NCBI GenBank assembly: GCA_038890875.1
Contig: JAWAFA010000001.1
Span: 258,617-322,616, forward strand
Source: Candidatus Pacearchaeota archaeon
Lineage (GTDB): Archaea; Nanobdellota; Nanobdellia; Pacearchaeales; JAPDKA01
Direction of reading: 5' to 3'
Length of the DNA stretch: 64,000 nucleotides
The position numbers were made by a program, and so were the translations under genes. The notes below the pieces were generated by a model that worked only from the letters and a program-made list of their open reading frames with translations, was not told the origin of the DNA and ran no database searches. This document shows positions 28,541 to 36,815 of this stretch, piece by piece; the stretch's first letter is position 1; every line of letters starts with the position of its first letter.

Positions 28541-29209
28541 ATGACAAAACCACTGGAAATATTGGTTGTGGAAGATGGTGTTGAAAATTTAGAAAATTGT
28601 AAAAAAGCATATGAACCACTGATGAAAGAGGGGCTCATTATACCTTATTACGCCACTAATTACAAAGAAGCAGAGCCTTTAATTGATAAAGTGAATGCAG
28701 GAATTTTAGATCTTTATTTTCCAGCAGAAAATGGGGAAGAGATGATCAAAGAATTTGCTAGAAAATACGATAGAGGTAGTGGGTTTCCTAAAGAAGTAAA
28801 AGCTAATGATATGTATCCTATGGGCCTAATCATTGCTGATAAACTTGCTGAACAAGGAAAACCATCAATATTTGTAAGTCCAATTGCTAGTGGCCATGGA
28901 TCACATAACAATCCATTTTATCCATTGAGATATGCTATAGATAGTGAAAAAATACCTAAAGAAATAAAAATAGCATGGTCTGCTTGTGAGAATCCATACA
29001 GTTTTGAGGAATATGGCAGTCCTACATTTGTATCTTATATGTTAAGAGTAGATTCACAATGGTTTAGAGATTACATAGAAAAGATACCAGAAGTATGGCT
29101 TGCTTCTGTTAAAGCAATAGCCGCACTCTTAAAAAGAGAAGATATTTACAATAAAATAAAAGTTGATAAACTTGTAGAAAAAAATATAGAGGAATTTTAT
29201 AAAAAATAG
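28541..29209 (+). CDS. Hypothetical protein whose N-terminus looks like a response-regulator receiver domain (cluster gene 3).
   Basis: LEILVVEDGVENLENCKKAYEPLMKEGLII...AGILDLYFPAENGEEMIKEF was aligned by eye to the REC pattern (acidic pair, a phosphoacceptor-position Asp in ILDL, then a ...P..G.E helix). The C-terminal ~130 aa are unknown. The ORF track uses the TTG at 28532. Confidence 0.4.
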   Translation: MTKPLEILVVEDGVENLENCKKAYEPLMKEGLIIPYYATNYKEAEPLIDKVNAGILDLYFPAENGEEMIKEFARKYDRGSGFPKEVKANDMYPMGLIIADKLAEQGKPSIFVSPIASGHGSHNNPFYPLRYAIDSEKIPKEIKIAWSACENPYSFEEYGSPTFVSYMLRVDSQWFRDYIEKIPEVWLASVKAIAALLKREDIYNKIKVDKLVEKNIEEFYKK

Positions 29210-29511
29210 TAACTTATGGAGATAGAAAGAATCAAATATTTTGATAGCCGTCGGCCAATTTTTATAAAAATAAAAGTTTATTAGATAAATCAAAATTTTT
29301 GAATAATAAGAAAGTATTTTTTAAAAGTTTATTTAAAGATTTAAAAAAAAGATAAGCAAAAAAGCCAGGTAGTTGGATTTTTAGATAAATTTTATTTAAA
29401 AGATCAGTTAGATAGCCACATTTTTGACAGAAAAAAATATTAAAGTTTCAATAAGAATATACAAAAATATAAAAATTAATGAAATAAAAGCTTCGATAGT
29501 TGAGCTACTAA

Positions 29512-29823
29512 ATGACATCTTCCGACATGTTCAAAATTTATAATCAAAAAGATGAATGGCTGTGTGGTTTTCTTGTAGGAAAAAATATAATGCATGTTTA
29601 TTTATATCCAAAAAGAAATTGGAAGAGTAATTTTAAAAGTAATTTACTTTACGAATTTGGCACTGTATACAACCTTATTTTCGAACATTTAATTGCTGAA
29701 GGTTTAGCAGAAAGTATGGAAAAAAATTATTCTTTTCATAAAGCTCTATTCTTCGGAAATAGAATATCCTTTATGGAGTGGATACACACAGTAGAGGACA
29801 TATTAAAAGGGAAGAAAAAATAA
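29512..29823 (+). CDS. Hypothetical small protein inside an otherwise non-coding ~820-bp AT-rich gap.
   Basis: 103-aa ORF with no motif. Coding status is uncertain. Confidence 0.25.
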   Translation: MTSSDMFKIYNQKDEWLCGFLVGKNIMHVYLYPKRNWKSNFKSNLLYEFGTVYNLIFEHLIAEGLAESMEKNYSFHKALFFGNRISFMEWIHTVEDILKGKKK

Positions 29824-30033
29824 ACTGGAAAGAAATATTAAGAAAAAATCCTTTTAGCTTCAAAAATAAATTAAAGAATTGGTTCTATTAGAAACATAAA
29901 TTAGTAAACGTAAAACATGCCTCAAGTACATGCAGGTTTTTTAAGCTTTTGCTCACGTTCATCATCAACATTGAGTTAAAAGCAAAGAAATAAAAATATT
30001 AACAAGCATATATTAGAAGCAAAAAGAGGTCAA

Positions 30034-31344
30034 ATGCCAGACATATGGATTGGAAGAAGTGAAGAGGATAGAAAAAAATTTGGCGATAAGGGCTTGATTT
30101 ATATTGGAAAACTTTGGGTTAGGATGGAACATCTTGTCAATTTAAGTAATCTCGTCTTACTTGATCTTGCAAGAAGTCATATAATAATGGTTTGTGGAAA
30201 AAGAGGTAGTGGAAAGTCATATACGCTTGGAGTTATTGCTGAAGGTATAACAGATATGCCTGAAGAAGTAAAAAGTAACATAGCTCCTCTTATCTTTGAT
30301 ACAATGGGTATTTACTGGAGTATGGCCTATAGAAATGATAAAGAAATAGAACTTTTGCGAGAGTGGCAGCTTAAGCCAAAAGTATTACCTGTCAGAATAT
30401 TTGTACCATATGCTTATTACGACGAATTTGTAAAGCGTGGCATAGGCAAAATCTTACCATTCGCTTTAAAGGTTTCTGATGTTAGCCATGAGGACTGGCT
30501 TATAACTTTTGATTTGGGTTTCACTGATCCAGTAGGAATAGTTATCCAAAAAGCGATAATAAAGTTACGCGAGAAGAAGACTGACTATGACATTGATGAT
30601 ATAATCACTCTAATCAAAGCTGATGAAGAAAGTGAGAAGCAGCATAAGCTAGCTGCTATAAATATATTTGAAGCTGCTAAAGCTTGGGGAATTTTTGCAA
30701 CTAAAGAACAAAAAGCAACAACGTCGAGAGAATTACTAGAGGCAGGTGTAACAACTGTGCTTGATTTGAGTATGTACAGTAGTGTAGGGGCTTATAATGT
30801 TAGAGCTCTTGTTATTGGTCTTCTATGTAAAAAAATTTTCAATGAGCGCATGCTTGCAAGAAAACTTGAAGAAGTAGAAGCAGTAAGAAGAGGGCTTGAG
30901 TATCTTTATTTCAAAGAAAAACGAGAATTGCCACTTGTTTGGATTTTTATCGATGAGATGCATGAATTTTTGCCACGAGAAGGAAAAACAGCAGCAAGCG
31001 ATGCATTAATCCAATTGCTGCGAGAAGGGAGGCAGCCAGGCATAAGTCTTGTGTTTGCTACTCAACAACCAGGAAAACTTCATACAGATGCTATAACTCA
31101 AGCCGACATTATAATTAGCCATAGACTTACAGCAAAGCCTGATTTAGATGCATTAAGTGAAATAATGCAAAGTTACCTTGCCGAAGATATAATTGCTTAC
31201 ATGAATAATCTTCCTCGTTATAGAGGCTCCGCTCTTGTTCTTGATGATAATAGTGAGAGAATATATAGCATCCGTGTTAGACCACGCTTCACTTGGCATG
31301 GTGGAGAAGCACCAACTGCAGTAAAAGTTGAAAAACGAGAATAA
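30034..31344 (+). CDS. HerA/FtsK-superfamily P-loop ATPase (DUF87-like).
   Basis: Walker A VCGKRGSGKSYTLG. Walker B VWIFIDEMHEF. A HerA/VirB4-type ...LVFATQQPGKL...ADIIISHRLT segment. No TM. Confidence 0.65.
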   Translation: MPDIWIGRSEEDRKKFGDKGLIYIGKLWVRMEHLVNLSNLVLLDLARSHIIMVCGKRGSGKSYTLGVIAEGITDMPEEVKSNIAPLIFDTMGIYWSMAYRNDKEIELLREWQLKPKVLPVRIFVPYAYYDEFVKRGIGKILPFALKVSDVSHEDWLITFDLGFTDPVGIVIQKAIIKLREKKTDYDIDDIITLIKADEESEKQHKLAAINIFEAAKAWGIFATKEQKATTSRELLEAGVTTVLDLSMYSSVGAYNVRALVIGLLCKKIFNERMLARKLEEVEAVRRGLEYLYFKEKRELPLVWIFIDEMHEFLPREGKTAASDALIQLLREGRQPGISLVFATQQPGKLHTDAITQADIIISHRLTAKPDLDALSEIMQSYLAEDIIAYMNNLPRYRGSALVLDDNSERIYSIRVRPRFTWHGGEAPTAVKVEKRE

Positions 31345-31442
31345 CTAATCTTATTTGTTCTGAAAGCAAAAAAGTGCAATTTTTTAAAAACATAATATTT
31401 TTAAATCTAAAAATATTAACTTAATAGTAGTAAAGTTTAAAA

Positions 31443-32411
31443 ATGAAAAACCATCTTAAAAAAATAATCAATTTTTTGCTTGCCTCAAGTATTTTTTTTA
31501 CTTATACTGCCGCAGCCGTACCTAAATCAGTTGAGTCGATCAAACCTATCCCAAAAGAAATTAAGGACATCTCTATGTATCAGGAATGGCTTGATCGATA
31601 TGAATTGAATAATTATAATTATTCAAGTGAAAATTTTTATTCTTGTTTTCAGAGAATGGAAAAATATAGGAATATAATAGAAAAAGCAGCAAAAGAGTCA
31701 AGATTGCCTGTTTGCGAGTTAGAAGCTTTAATAGCGATTGAATCTTGCGGTTTGTTAAAAGCACATTCAAAAGCTGGAGCAAGTGGACCAGCACAATTAA
31801 TGTATGGAAAAGCTAAAGAATTTGGAATAAAAATAACTAGTACTGAAGATTGGAGATATAGTGTAGATTCGATTTTTCCAGCGGCTAAATATTTCGCAAA
31901 GGTGAAAAAAAATTATGGATTGGAGAATGCACTAATAGCTTATAATGCTGGTGAGAGTAAAGCTAACAACATTAATCATCTTGAAGAGTGGGAAGATAAG
32001 AGGGATTATATACCATATGAAACACAAAAGTATGTTCCAAGATTTATGAATGCGGCTGTCCAATGCCTTGAATATGAAGAAGAGAGAAAAAATCATGTAA
32101 AAATAGCTCAAAAAGGAGATACATTATGGAAAATAGCTAAAGAATGTAAAAGTAATGTAGAAAAAATAAAAAAAATTAATGGAATTTCCGGTAAAAAGAT
32201 ATTCTCTGGGCAAAAAATAGTGTGCAGTGAAGATTATTTTGACATATTTGCTAAAGCAACCTTTTATACTGTTAAAACAAATGATACTATGGCAAAGATA
32301 GCTAGAAAATATGGAATTTCACCAGAGCTGTTAAAATATCTAAATCCACAGATAAAAAAATTTTCCAACTTAACTCCAGGAATGAAAATAAGAATAATAA
32401 AAAGTGAATAA
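31443..32411 (+). CDS. Secreted lytic transglycosylase (SLT domain) with two C-terminal LysM domains.
   Basis: Signal peptide. SLT motif IAIESCGLLKAHSKAGASGPAQLM with a downstream AYNAG. LysM 1 is VKIAQKGDTLWKIAKECKSNVEKIKKINGI. LysM 2 is YTVKTNDTMAKIARKYGISPELLKYLNP. Confidence 0.75.
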   Translation: MKNHLKKIINFLLASSIFFTYTAAAVPKSVESIKPIPKEIKDISMYQEWLDRYELNNYNYSSENFYSCFQRMEKYRNIIEKAAKESRLPVCELEALIAIESCGLLKAHSKAGASGPAQLMYGKAKEFGIKITSTEDWRYSVDSIFPAAKYFAKVKKNYGLENALIAYNAGESKANNINHLEEWEDKRDYIPYETQKYVPRFMNAAVQCLEYEEERKNHVKIAQKGDTLWKIAKECKSNVEKIKKINGISGKKIFSGQKIVCSEDYFDIFAKATFYTVKTNDTMAKIARKYGISPELLKYLNPQIKKFSNLTPGMKIRIIKSE

Positions 32412-32461
32412 TAAAAGCAACCAAATAGTAATATTTAAAAAGAAAAAAAATTAAGTAAAAC

Positions 32462-33880
32462 ATGCAAAAAAAATTAATTATTTTTCTTATTGCTTTAGCA
32501 ATTATTGCAATAGTAATTGCTTCAATTATTAAATTTTCCTCGCCTAATGTAATAAGTGAATCAAGCGGAAAAAGAATCAAAGTTGGATATATTATTTACG
32601 TCAATAATTCAGTTTATGAAAGTTCAGAATTAAGTTTTGAGGATAGTTTTTCCAAACAGCTTGGCCTGGTTGGTAATAAAGCTGATAGTTACTTTGATAA
32701 TGTCAAAGTTAGTGATGAGTTTAACATAAGCCTTAAAGCTGAGGAAGCTTATGGTAATTATAATGAGAGCTTGCGAAAGATTGTTAATCGAACAATGAGT
32801 GATAAAAGAATTATTGAATTGAACTTAGGAGGAGAAATCACTCAGGATCAATTTTATCAAGTTTTTAATCAACTACCAATCGTAAACCAAACATATTCAT
32901 CTACTCTCTTACCTTTCAAGATAAAAGTTACTAGAGTTGATAATAACAATGTTAACTTTGTCTTTGATGTTAAGATCAATGATCAAACAGCAAAAGATCA
33001 AAATGGATTTTGGTTAAAAGTAGTTAAGGTAGATGAAAAAAATAATTTAATGCAACTTAAACTTGAAGGTGAGCCAAAAAAAATTGCAACTGAAAAAGGT
33101 CTTATTGATATTTGGTTTGATGAAGAAAATATCTATTATAAACTTACACCGAAAATAGGAGATAGCATTGAATGGCATAATGAGTATGGTAAAGTTGCAA
33201 GTTACAATGAAACTCATATTATTTTCGATAACAACCATCCTCTTGCTGGCAAGGATATAGTAATAACTATCAGAGTACTTGATGTTTCGAGTGAAATTAT
33301 TAAAGCTTCATGTAAGGCAAATTCCGGTCCAACATTTGATGTTTTTATTATGAGCTATTGCCCATTCGGTATACAATTTGTTAAAGGCTTGCTTCCTGTT
33401 TGGAAAGCGCTTGAAAATGATGCCAATATCAATGTTAGATTTGTAAGTTATACGATGCATGGTCAAAAAGAAGCTAATGAAAATGCAAGAATGGTTTGTA
33501 TAAGGGAGGAACAATGCGAAAGCTATCGCGCATATCTTGAGTGTTTTGTGCAAAGTGGCGATTCTGAAAGTTGTATAAATAAACTTAATATAGATAAAAC
33601 CAAACTTGATGAGTGTATGGCAAAAAAAGCACAGAGTTATCTTGAATATGATGCCCAGCTTAATGAAAAGTATGGCGTGAAAGGAAGTCCGACGGTGGTG
33701 CTCAATGGAAAACAGATTGAAGTTTGGCCAAGAAGCCCAGCCAATATAGCAAGAATACTTTGTGAATCATTCACTTCAGAACCAAGTGCATGCTCACAGC
33801 GCTTTAGTGATGAAAATCCTGGCCCTGGCTTTGGCACTTCATCAACTTCATCAAACTTAGGGAGTTGTGGGGCAGCTTAA
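32462..33880 (+). CDS. Membrane-anchored extracellular protein with a C-terminal DsbA/thioredoxin-like domain (atypical CPFG active site).
   Basis: N-terminal TM. FDVFIMSYCPFGIQF (CxxC position reads C-P-F-G). A cis-Pro region GSPTVVLNGKQI typical of DsbA-like folds. Additional paired cysteines near the C-terminus. Confidence 0.45.
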   Translation: MQKKLIIFLIALAIIAIVIASIIKFSSPNVISESSGKRIKVGYIIYVNNSVYESSELSFEDSFSKQLGLVGNKADSYFDNVKVSDEFNISLKAEEAYGNYNESLRKIVNRTMSDKRIIELNLGGEITQDQFYQVFNQLPIVNQTYSSTLLPFKIKVTRVDNNNVNFVFDVKINDQTAKDQNGFWLKVVKVDEKNNLMQLKLEGEPKKIATEKGLIDIWFDEENIYYKLTPKIGDSIEWHNEYGKVASYNETHIIFDNNHPLAGKDIVITIRVLDVSSEIIKASCKANSGPTFDVFIMSYCPFGIQFVKGLLPVWKALENDANINVRFVSYTMHGQKEANENARMVCIREEQCESYRAYLECFVQSGDSESCINKLNIDKTKLDECMAKKAQSYLEYDAQLNEKYGVKGSPTVVLNGKQIEVWPRSPANIARILCESFTSEPSACSQRFSDENPGPGFGTSSTSSNLGSCGAA

Positions 33881-33916
33881 CGCTTAACTAAACTAAAATT
33901 GTTTTCTTATTTTATA

Positions 33917-34366
33917 TTATTTTGTGAGCAAGAAATTTTCAATAACTTTGATAAAATTTTCAAAATTTTTTTGAATCTCTTCGAACTTTTGCATATTTAC
34001 TGTTAAAACCTCTTCATTAATAAAAATTTTTAGCGTTATACCTTTCCTGAATTCTTTTTCTGTAATCTTTTTATACTTATCTATATTTCTAATTATTTCA
34101 TAGAATTCCAAAAATTCGATGACTTCTTTATCTTTTTTAAAAATTTTCCTTATAGCATCTAATTGTTCAAGAGGTGTTTTTGGCACAACAGTGATTAATT
34201 TCCTCTTTTTTGCATGTTGTAAAGCAAGTTCAATACTTAGTTTTGTTACATCAACCATTTTTTTCATTACACTTACTATAAGCTCCCCTGTTTTGGTATA
34301 CTTGAAACTAGTATAAAATAAATGCTGCTCTTGCCTTTTCTCTCGCTCAATTTTTTTTAAAGGCAT
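33917..34366 (-). CDS. Hypothetical protein.
   Basis: 149-aa ORF, lysine-rich, with no recognisable motif. Confidence 0.35.
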   Translation of the reverse strand: MPLKKIEREKRQEQHLFYTSFKYTKTGELIVSVMKKMVDVTKLSIELALQHAKKRKLITVVPKTPLEQLDAIRKIFKKDKEVIEFLEFYEIIRNIDKYKKITEKEFRKGITLKIFINEEVLTVNMQKFEEIQKNFENFIKVIENFLLTK

Positions 34367-34389
34367 TTTTTCACCTTTTTTTATTTAAA

Positions 34390-34869
34390 CTAGTTTTTTA
34401 AGTACTTTGACATTAATAAATCTTTTCTAAACTTTTCTTCGAGTTTTGCCTGGATTTTTTTTAATTCATATGAACTTTTTTTGACGTCATCAATACTGAA
34501 ATTAAGAAAGTTACCGTTATTTTTCAGCACAATATAACTATCTTGTTTTAAAAAATCAACACTTGCTTTTTCTATTTCTTCACTTTTTTGAATATGCTCT
34601 TCAATAAGCTTAATCTCATACGTACTCAGATATTTTGTAGCTATTTTTTTAAAAATTTCAAGATTAATTTTTTTTTCAGGAATTCGTTTATATAAGAACT
34701 CATAAAGAATAAGTGCTTCAACAATCTGCTTCATGCATCTAACTAAGTCAAGAAAAATTTTTTGTAACATTTTTTTGTCTCTTATTCGTGGGTAAAGTAT
34801 TTCAGCAAAATAATCAACCCGTTTTAAGTTTTCTTTACTTTTATTAAATAAATCAGCAACCTCTCGCAT
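34390..34869 (-). CDS. Hypothetical protein.
   Basis: 159-aa ORF with no recognisable motif. Confidence 0.35.
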   Translation of the reverse strand: MREVADLFNKSKENLKRVDYFAEILYPRIRDKKMLQKIFLDLVRCMKQIVEALILYEFLYKRIPEKKINLEIFKKIATKYLSTYEIKLIEEHIQKSEEIEKASVDFLKQDSYIVLKNNGNFLNFSIDDVKKSSYELKKIQAKLEEKFRKDLLMSKYLKN

Positions 34870-34918
34870 TTATTTTTTATTATAAGGATAAATATAAAGG
34901 TTTCGCACTTGCTTAAAA

Positions 34919-35071
34919 TTAGAGAATATTGAGCAACAACTCAATCACAATAAAGAAAATTATCACTACCAAAACAAGACTTGGCTTTATCTCGATTTTA
35001 CTTTTATATTCCTCAAAATAACGCGTTAGCCCGCCAAAGCTCGGTGGTAGCATTATTCTTTCGTCTGCCAT
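34919..35071 (-). CDS. secG: Preprotein translocase subunit SecG / Sec61-beta. A 50-aa protein missing from the ORF track.
   Basis: Minus-strand ORF MADERIMLPPSFGGLTRYFEEYKSKIEIKPSLVLVVIIFFIVIELLLNIL. This matches the archaeal Sec61-beta hallmark (...GL.RY.EE...I.I.P..V. plus a single C-terminal TM). Confidence 0.6.
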   Translation of the reverse strand: MADERIMLPPSFGGLTRYFEEYKSKIEIKPSLVLVVIIFFIVIELLLNIL

Positions 35072-35119
35072 AAAATCTTATTATCTTACAATTTAAAAGA
35101 TTTTTGAATAAAGACTTTA

Positions 35120-35360
35120 AAGGAAGGTGTAAGCAGGTATAAGCCTCCTTTTGTCGCTCGATATTGAGCGTTCAGCATTCTACTAAGCGGCTCAGAGCGA
35201 GCCTTGCACGCTTAGGCTGGCCGTTTCATCCACAAGCAAGCTCGTGGTCTCGTTTCTGTGCCAGAGCCGTGCCTTTCGACACGTGCTTTTCAGCACTAAG
35301 CGTTTTATGTGGGAGGACTTTCCTCTCGTAAAACGAGACAGCTGAGCCCTGCTTACATAA
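35120..35360 (-). ncRNA. rnpB: Probable RNase P RNA, minimal/compact form (~235 nt).
   Basis: A GC-rich island in the AT-rich intergenic region. The minus-strand transcript has a 9-bp terminal P1 stem (GUAAGCAGG / CCUGCUUAC). Just downstream of P1 is GAGAGGAAAGUCCUCC (CR-I, the P4 5' strand). Near the 3' end is ACAAAAGGAGGCUUAU (the ACAGAA-CCGGCUUAU-like CR-V, P4 3' strand). There is an internal GGCACAGAAAC. Confidence 0.55.
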
Positions 35361-35399
35361 TAAAAAAGAATTTAAAATTTAAAAACTTTTTTACATGGT

Positions 35400-35472
35400 G
35401 CCTCGGTAGCTCAGCTGGTAGAGCAATCGCTTCGTAAGCGATGGGTCATGGGTTCAAATCCCATCCGAGGCT
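35400..35472 (+). tRNA. tRNA-Thr (anticodon CGU).
   Basis: Manual fold. Acceptor GCCUCGG/CCGAGGC. D-arm GCUC-AGCUGGUA-GAGC. Anticodon stem AUCGC/GCGAU with loop UUCGUAA. T-arm AUGGG-UUCAAAU-CCCAU. No encoded CCA. Confidence 0.85.
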
Positions 35473-35473
35473 T

Positions 35474-36754
35474 TTATTTTTTAATTTTTTTAATAAGTTC
35501 ATTTTCTTTTAACATTTCCTCCTTGCCAGAAATCATGTTCTTTAATCTAAACTTTCCTTGCTTCAGTTCATTCTCACCAATAATTAAACAAAACTCTATA
35601 CCTTCTTTGTTTGCATAATCAAGTGCTTTACTTAAACTTTTATCAGAAATATCAACACTAATTCCAGCACTTCTCAGCTTTTGTGCTATCTTTAGTGATT
35701 CCTCCAGAGTATTGATTGGAATTACGAGCACTTGTGGGATTTTTTTTATTTCTTTGAGGCTTCCTTTTACAGCTTCATAAATAACATCAAGACCAAAACT
35801 AATCCCTGTCGCAGGATAATTTTTATTAGTTTTTAAGAATTTACTTATCAGGTTGTCCCATCGACCTCCAGCAGCAACACTTCTTTTTATTTTTGATTTT
35901 TTTAAATAAACTTCCCATATTGGGCCAGTATAATAAGCTAAGCCTCTTGCCAATCTTGGCTCAAATATAATGTCTTTCAAATTTAAAATTTTGCAAAGCC
36001 TTAAAATCTCATCAAGGCTTTTTAAACCTTCTAATGCTAACTTATTTTTTAAATTTTTTTTGAAAAAATTTATTTTTTCCTCATTACTTTTCATCTTTAT
36101 CTTATCAAAAAAATAAAATATCTTCATTATACTCTCATCCTTAATCCCTTTATCTTTAAGCTCTTTAATAACATTCTGTTTTCCATATTTTTCAAGTTTG
36201 TCTATGCTTAAAATAGCAGAAATTATCTTTTCTTTTTCAACCCCACATTCTTCTAACAAGCCTGAAAGAAATTTTCTATCATTTAGTAAAATAAAAATGT
36301 CTAAATTAAGCTCATTAAAAACATCAAAAGTTAAGGCAAGAATTTCCGTATCAAAAATAAGATTTTCACTACCAACGCAGTCAATATCACATTGGGTGAA
36401 TTCACGAAATCTTGCAGATGTTGTTGGACCATCTCTGAAAACCTTTCCGATTTCATAACGCTTAAAAGGCATTCTCAAGCTTGGATTTAAACCAATTAAT
36501 TTTGCTAATTTGAAAGTCAACTCATAACGTAAACAAAGATCACGATTGCCCCTATCTCTTAATCGATAAATTTCATTTATAATCTCATTTCCAGCCTTGC
36601 TCGAAGCAAGTTCATAAAAATCAAGGATAGATGTTTCGATAGGCTTATAGCCATATTTTTCAAAATTTTTTTTCAAAATTTTTATAATAGCTTCTCTGAC
36701 AATTTGCTCTTCTGGTAAATAATCCTTTGTTCCTTTCAGCACTTTTAATTCCAT
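35474..36754 (-). CDS. hisS: Histidyl-tRNA synthetase.
   Basis: N-terminus LKGTKDYLPEE, class II motifs 1-3, a ...GGRWDNL... segment and a C-terminal anticodon-binding domain. 426 aa. Confidence 0.9.
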   Translation of the reverse strand: MELKVLKGTKDYLPEEQIVREAIIKILKKNFEKYGYKPIETSILDFYELASSKAGNEIINEIYRLRDRGNRDLCLRYELTFKLAKLIGLNPSLRMPFKRYEIGKVFRDGPTTSARFREFTQCDIDCVGSENLIFDTEILALTFDVFNELNLDIFILLNDRKFLSGLLEECGVEKEKIISAILSIDKLEKYGKQNVIKELKDKGIKDESIMKIFYFFDKIKMKSNEEKINFFKKNLKNKLALEGLKSLDEILRLCKILNLKDIIFEPRLARGLAYYTGPIWEVYLKKSKIKRSVAAGGRWDNLISKFLKTNKNYPATGISFGLDVIYEAVKGSLKEIKKIPQVLVIPINTLEESLKIAQKLRSAGISVDISDKSLSKALDYANKEGIEFCLIIGENELKQGKFRLKNMISGKEEMLKENELIKKIKK

Positions 36755-36815
36755 ACAATATGTAATAAAACAAATTTTTAAATGTAAGCAAAAAATAAAG
36801 TGAGAAATATTTTTA

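Noticed and set aside
30034-31344. Calling the ATPase a type IV pilus assembly ATPase (PilB/FlaI) serving the pilin operons.
   Set aside because: It lacks the PilB-type N-terminal domain and the GxxGSGKT(T/S) and Asp/His boxes. Its motifs (ATQQP...ISHRLT) are HerA/FtsK/VirB4-like.
35120-35360. Alternative identity of the GC-rich structured element as SRP (7S) RNA or a tRNA-like pseudogene.
   Set aside because: No SRP helix-8-type motifs or tRNA cloverleaf were found. The GAGGAAAGUCC and ACARAA-GGNGGCUUAU pair plus the terminal stem fit RNase P better. This still needs cmsearch confirmation.
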